NCBI GenBank assembly: GCA_038241275.1
Contig: JBBRFX010000002.1
Span: forward strand, 6,218 to 70,217
Source: Chitinophagales bacterium
GTDB lineage: Bacteria > Bacteroidota > Bacteroidia > Chitinophagales > Chitinophagaceae
Reading direction: 5' to 3'
DNA length: 64,000 nt
Both the position numbers and the translations under genes were made by a program. The notes under the pieces are model-generated. The model worked only from the letters and a program-made list of their open reading frames with translations, ran no database searches and had not been told where the DNA came from. Shown here one piece after another: positions 59,891 to 64,000 of this stretch; within the stretch, counting starts at the first letter, position 1; every line of letters starts with the position of its first letter.

Positions 59891-60274
59891 ATGAACTATT
59901 TACTTGACACGCATATATTGATTTGGTTTCTTAATGGCGACAAAGATCTCTCATCAAATGCCCGCAAAGCAATTGAATCAAGCGAGGCTATAAATTTTGT
60001 AAGTATTGTTAGTTTGTGGGAAATTGCTATTAAAATTAGTCTTAATCGGCTTGATTTAAAAAGTCCATTTGAAAAAATTGGTGTGGAAATTAGCAATAAT
60101 AATTTTCAAATGCTACCAATTACTTTTCAAGATACATTAATTCTTTCTTCATTGCCATTTCATCATAGCGATCCGTTTGACAGGCTTCTAATTGCCCAAA
60201 GCATAAACAATAAATTTACTGTAATTTCTAAAGACCAATATTTTACCAGCTACAAAATAAAAGTCCTCTGGTAG
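59891..60274 (+). CDS. PIN-domain (VapC-like) toxin
   Basis: LLDTHILIW, SLWEIAIK, HSDPFDRLLIAQ. Confidence 0.92.
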   Translation: MNYLLDTHILIWFLNGDKDLSSNARKAIESSEAINFVSIVSLWEIAIKISLNRLDLKSPFEKIGVEISNNNFQMLPITFQDTLILSSLPFHHSDPFDRLLIAQSINNKFTVISKDQYFTSYKIKVLW

Positions 60275-60398
60275 GCTGACTTTTGTTAACAAAATTGCTA
60301 CAACCAACCTGCAAGAAAATAAACCAACTTAGTATTTTAGTATCCGTAAACTTATAGATTGTAAGAGGATGTGCTCTTATTTATCTCTCTCTATCTAC

Positions 60399-60442
60399 AT
60401 GTATTGTTATTCCCCGATGATGCGCCGGAAAATATAGACTAA
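60399..60442 (+). pseudogene. Degenerate duplicate of the lysS 3' end
   Basis: ATGTATTGTTATTCCCCGATGATGCGCCGGAAAATATAGACTAA versus lysS 59410-59453. Confidence 0.8.
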
Positions 60443-60454
60443 TGCAATGTAAAG

Positions 60455-60554
60455 AATAGTCAATGGTCAATGGGCAATGGGTAATGGTCAATGGGCAATG
60501 GGCAATAGTGAAATATTCTATTCACAATTCACAATTCACCATTCACCATTCACA
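60455..60554. repeat. Heptamer tandem repeats in two roughly complementary tracts
   Basis: (AATGGKY)n followed by (ATTCACM)n. Confidence 0.85.
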
Positions 60555-60564
60555 GCTTTTATGG

Positions 60565-62430
60565 TCATCTTATCAAAGTAACAGTTCCTTTTCTGTTTTG
60601 CTTTTTGCCATTAAAAAGATAATCAGCCATCCAAACAAAGCTGCCGGTATTAGGTAGTTCATCTTTATATTTTCCATCCCATTTTTTAAATGGATCCTTG
60701 CTAATAAAAATGCGTTGTCCATAACGGTTATATACAGCTAGTGTGTAGTTTTTTATGGTTGACAAATTTCCCAGTGGCCCAAAAAAATCATTGTAAGTAT
60801 CGTTGTTAGGCGTAAAGGCATTGGGAAAGTAAATATCCGGGCAGTCAATAGATACGTTGATGGTATCTGCACCACTACATCCTGCCGCATTGGTCACTTT
60901 TACAAAATAAGTGCCGGCACTGGTAACAGTAAATGTTGCATTGGTAGTAAGATTCTGCCACAGGTAGCTTGCAAAAACGCCGGGATTTAAAACAAGACTT
61001 TGCCCTGCACAGATAGAAACATCAGGACCGAGGCTTACAGGCAGATTGGTTAGCTGATTTTTCACCATCAGGTTACCTGAATTTACACTGCAGCCATTAT
61101 TATCATTTATCTGCACCGTATAATTGCCAGCGGCTAAATTTTGTATAGAAGAAGTAGAGGCCCCATTTGACCATATGTATTGGTAAGGAGCTTTGCCGCC
61201 GCTTACATTGGTTGTTATAGAACCATTGCCGGCAGAGCAGCTTGCATCTGTAACTACAGAATTTATTACAATAGCTGTTGGATTATCTAATATAAAAATA
61301 GAACTAATGCTGCAAGCATTTAATGAACTTACGGTAACGGTATAATTACCCGGACCTTGATTGGTTATGGTGGAAGTTGTTTGCGCAGGGTTAGTGTCCC
61401 AGTTGTAAAAGTAAGCTGTGCTACTACCTGTAGCTGCTACACTTAAAGTGGCATCAGCCACGCCTATGCAGCGCCCAGGCCAACTGATGGAAGGATTGAG
61501 ACCGATAATTACAATTTCTTTGGTACTGGAAACTGGTGGTCCATTAACAAAACTGGTAATGAGTGTTACAGTGTATGTGCCAGGTGCGAAAAAAATATGC
61601 GTAGTATTGGCAACTGTGGAGCTGTTGCTCACACCAGAACCTATATCACCAAAGTTCCATGCATATGATTGGGCGCAGGTAGCTACACTGGTAAAACTTA
61701 CTTCTTTGCTGTTTACGCAGGCAGTTGTAAAACTGGCGGTATTGGCAGGCGCTTCTCCAATTTGAATATCATCAATTGCAAAACCATCGTATGCATTGCA
61801 GGTGGTGCCGGCACCAAATGTAAAACGGAAACGCACATTGGTTTGACCCGTAAGCATACTCAGGGTATGCTTTGCCGTTAGCCATGCCCCGCTGCCACTG
61901 CCGCCCAGGCAACTGCCACTGTTTGATTGAATATTTCCAGACCAGCCAATGGCATTGCTTAAATAAGTAATACCACTTGCATTAAACCAGTTTTCACCCT
62001 GGCAATTGGTGTTGGAATTAATATTGCCCAGGGAATTCCAGTTACTACCTCCGTCTAAGGAATATTGAAATGAAGCACCATCAAATCTTCTTTCTGTTTC
62101 CCAAAATATTTTAAAACTGATCTGAGGATATAGCAGGCCCGAAAAATTAAAGCAGGGGCTCATGAGCCATGAGTTTTCTGCATTATTGTAAGAAGAGCCG
62201 GTTAAGCCACCTACTATCCAGCTTTTATTGCCTGCCCCGGCATTATTAATTACAGGTTTTGCAGGATTACCCCATGCCCAGTCTGATAAAGTGCCACCGG
62301 CAATCCAGTTGCCATCGGTGGTTTCAAAACCTTCATTGTAAGGAAAAGAATTGATCGTGCTGCTGCACGGTTGCGAAAACGCTAAAGCAAAAAATAATAA
62401 ATTCAGGAATAGCAAGCCACATCTTCTCAT
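60565..62430 (-). CDS. T9SS type-B (gliding-motility CTD) surface protein with PKD and SprB-like repeats
   Basis: WNFGD PKD, GG.APY.Y.WSNG, PNAFTPN.D..ND, YNRYG...WDG...GTVTLIR. Confidence 0.9.
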   Translation of the reverse strand: MRRCGLLFLNLLFFALAFSQPCSSTINSFPYNEGFETTDGNWIAGGTLSDWAWGNPAKPVINNAGAGNKSWIVGGLTGSSYNNAENSWLMSPCFNFSGLLYPQISFKIFWETERRFDGASFQYSLDGGSNWNSLGNINSNTNCQGENWFNASGITYLSNAIGWSGNIQSNSGSCLGGSGSGAWLTAKHTLSMLTGQTNVRFRFTFGAGTTCNAYDGFAIDDIQIGEAPANTASFTTACVNSKEVSFTSVATCAQSYAWNFGDIGSGVSNSSTVANTTHIFFAPGTYTVTLITSFVNGPPVSSTKEIVIIGLNPSISWPGRCIGVADATLSVAATGSSTAYFYNWDTNPAQTTSTITNQGPGNYTVTVSSLNACSISSIFILDNPTAIVINSVVTDASCSAGNGSITTNVSGGKAPYQYIWSNGASTSSIQNLAAGNYTVQINDNNGCSVNSGNLMVKNQLTNLPVSLGPDVSICAGQSLVLNPGVFASYLWQNLTTNATFTVTSAGTYFVKVTNAAGCSGADTINVSIDCPDIYFPNAFTPNNDTYNDFFGPLGNLSTIKNYTLAVYNRYGQRIFISKDPFKKWDGKYKDELPNTGSFVWMADYLFNGKKQNRKGTVTLIR

Positions 62431-62496
62431 CAGTGCAAAAATAGCTTAAAATCGGCTCAGCCTCAGCTATTGTATTTCAATAATTGGAGTAGTTAC

Positions 62497-63510
62497 CTAT
62501 TTTTTTACTTCTTGTGGAACTACTTTAAAGGATCCGGTAGCGTAGTCCAGTTTCATTTCTCCCACTTCGGAACTGCCTGCTTCTGAAGCGATAGCAGCTC
62601 CTATTATTCCAAAGAAAAATCCTGCCGTTATTAAGCTCCCGGCAGATGCTGCAGTTTTGTACTTTCCTGTAAAGTAATAGTCGTTCGCTTTTTTAAGAAG
62701 CAAATAATAGCCATACTCAGTAGCGATATAAGGCTGGCCCTTATACACTACCGCATAGCTATTTTTTAAAGGAATTTTTTCATACTTATTTTTTTTATTC
62801 AAAATCGCAATTTCTGATACGACCCCCTTTTTTTCTTTTACTGTAAACAGCAACCTGTTCGGCTCCTGATTTTTAAAATTTACATAGTTTTCATACACAC
62901 CCTCCCTTAATGTGTATGCTGTGTATAATGGCAACTTGCTCTTTTCAACACTATCCATCCGGGTAAGTTCGTAATAGCTGAAGTAAGTATCAGTAACAGG
63001 TTCCTTATTTAGATTAGATGAAATAAATTCTGTAAAATTTTTACTGCCATTTCTGAGCGTAGCCTTTGTTACATCAAGCGATTTAACCATTACAACAGTA
63101 TCTATCCTGTCAAGCAATGTATAGCCGGCTTCTTTTTTTGCGTACAGATCAGCTTTTAAAAAATAAAAACCTCGTTCCGAAAGTGTGGTGACTTCTGTAA
63201 AACACATTTCTTTCAACAGCAATTGAAGTTCGCCTTGTTTTGCAGTTGTGTCTACCAGGTTTTTTAAAAGTTCCGCTATTTGTATATTCAATGCAACGTC
63301 TGCTACTACTTTAGCCTTTCTGTTAAATGCACCTTTTTGCACAATCCCAAGGTTACTGGTATCATCTCTTCCATCAATTAAGTTAATGGAGTTATAGAAA
63401 CTATTAGACACAATCTCTTCAGGTTTTTTAAAATTAAATTTCTCTGTAAGTTGCTGTGCCTGGGTTTTCGTAAAGATGATCAGCAACAATAAAAAGGATA
63501 ATTTTTTCAT
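62497..63510 (-). CDS. Hypothetical exported protein
   Basis: Signal peptide; C-terminal glycine-zipper FFGIIGAAIA. Confidence 0.65.
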   Translation of the reverse strand: MKKLSFLLLLIIFTKTQAQQLTEKFNFKKPEEIVSNSFYNSINLIDGRDDTSNLGIVQKGAFNRKAKVVADVALNIQIAELLKNLVDTTAKQGELQLLLKEMCFTEVTTLSERGFYFLKADLYAKKEAGYTLLDRIDTVVMVKSLDVTKATLRNGSKNFTEFISSNLNKEPVTDTYFSYYELTRMDSVEKSKLPLYTAYTLREGVYENYVNFKNQEPNRLLFTVKEKKGVVSEIAILNKKNKYEKIPLKNSYAVVYKGQPYIATEYGYYLLLKKANDYYFTGKYKTAASAGSLITAGFFFGIIGAAIASEAGSSEVGEMKLDYATGSFKVVPQEVKK

Positions 63511-63565
63511 TTTGGGTAAGTATTAAAACTAAAAGTGACAGATTAATTTTTTGATGGATTTAGAT

Positions 63566-64000
63566 TTATTTTTTCATTTCCGCTAACTCTTTCTGCATTT
63601 TAAACATCTCATCCCTAAGCCTGGCTGCTTCCATAAAATCCAGATCCCTGGCAGCTTTTTCCATTTCTTTTTTTATTTTGCCAATAGCTTTCTCCATTTG
63701 AGGGATAGTTTTATAAATTTCCTGGTCTTCTGCTGCAATGGTTACCAGTTCCTCATCCGGCCCAATAGAATAAGGATTGCTTGGGTCATATCCTTTTACA
63801 TCCAGTACGCTGCCCTGGGCAAAAACCTGTTCTCTTGATTTTACAATTGTGGTAGGGGTAATGCCATGTTTTATATTATATTCAACCTGTTTTTCTCTTC
63901 TGCGGGTGGTTTCGTCAATAGTCTTTTGCATACTATCCGTCATCTTATCAGCATAAAAAATTACCAGCCCATCCACATTTCGGGCAGCCCTGCCTGCCGT
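63566..64000 (-). CDS. uvrB: Excinuclease ABC subunit B, C-terminal part (runs off window)
   Basis: TAGRAARN, ETTRRREKQ, UVR domain LDFMEAARLRDE. Confidence 0.95.
   Translation of the reverse strand, partial: TAGRAARNVDGLVIFYADKMTDSMQKTIDETTRRREKQVEYNIKHGITPTTIVKSREQVFAQGSVLDVKGYDPSNPYSIGPDEELVTIAAEDQEIYKTIPQMEKAIGKIKKEMEKAARDLDFMEAARLRDEMFKMQKELAEMKK

Noticed and set aside
60463-60657. 64-aa ORF MVNGQWVMVNGQW...
   Set aside because: Translation of the heptamer repeats; overlaps the T9SS protein gene on the opposite strand.

Overview
Chromosomal window of an AT-rich Bacteroidota genome, probably Chitinophagaceae-like (inferred from TAnnTTTG promoters, a T9SS type-B CTD protein and gene content). 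A housekeeping backbone (surA-like PPIase, hflX, tRNA-Asn, S41 protease, GH53/GH1, DHS-family, asnB, lysS, uvrB) is interrupted by several accessory blocks. (1) 21.3-27.2 kb: an integron-like array in which ~245-bp hairpin-ended mini-elements, derived from a decayed REP-associated (IS200/IS605-type Y1) transposase element, alternate with cargo. The cargo is two start-less polymorphic-toxin-like C-termini each followed by an intact immunity-like gene, a Fic gene, an XRE fragment and DUF808. The parent transposase is split and circularly permuted across the two ends of the array, sharing a 61-bp direct repeat. (2) 6.9-11.0 kb: a PLD / M15 peptidoglycan peptidase / caspase / lipoprotein / small-protein operon, a candidate lysis or defence system. 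(3) 27.8-39.9 kb: a complete Na+-pumping methylmalonyl-CoA (succinate-propionate) module with CRP/FNR-like boxes. (4) A tandem P-loop NTPase pair and a PIN toxin-antitoxin pair. The methylmalonyl-CoA block, the NTPase pair and the TA pair each lie between a host gene and a duplicate of that gene's 3' end, with no integrase visible. All family calls come from reading motifs by eye; no database searches were run.
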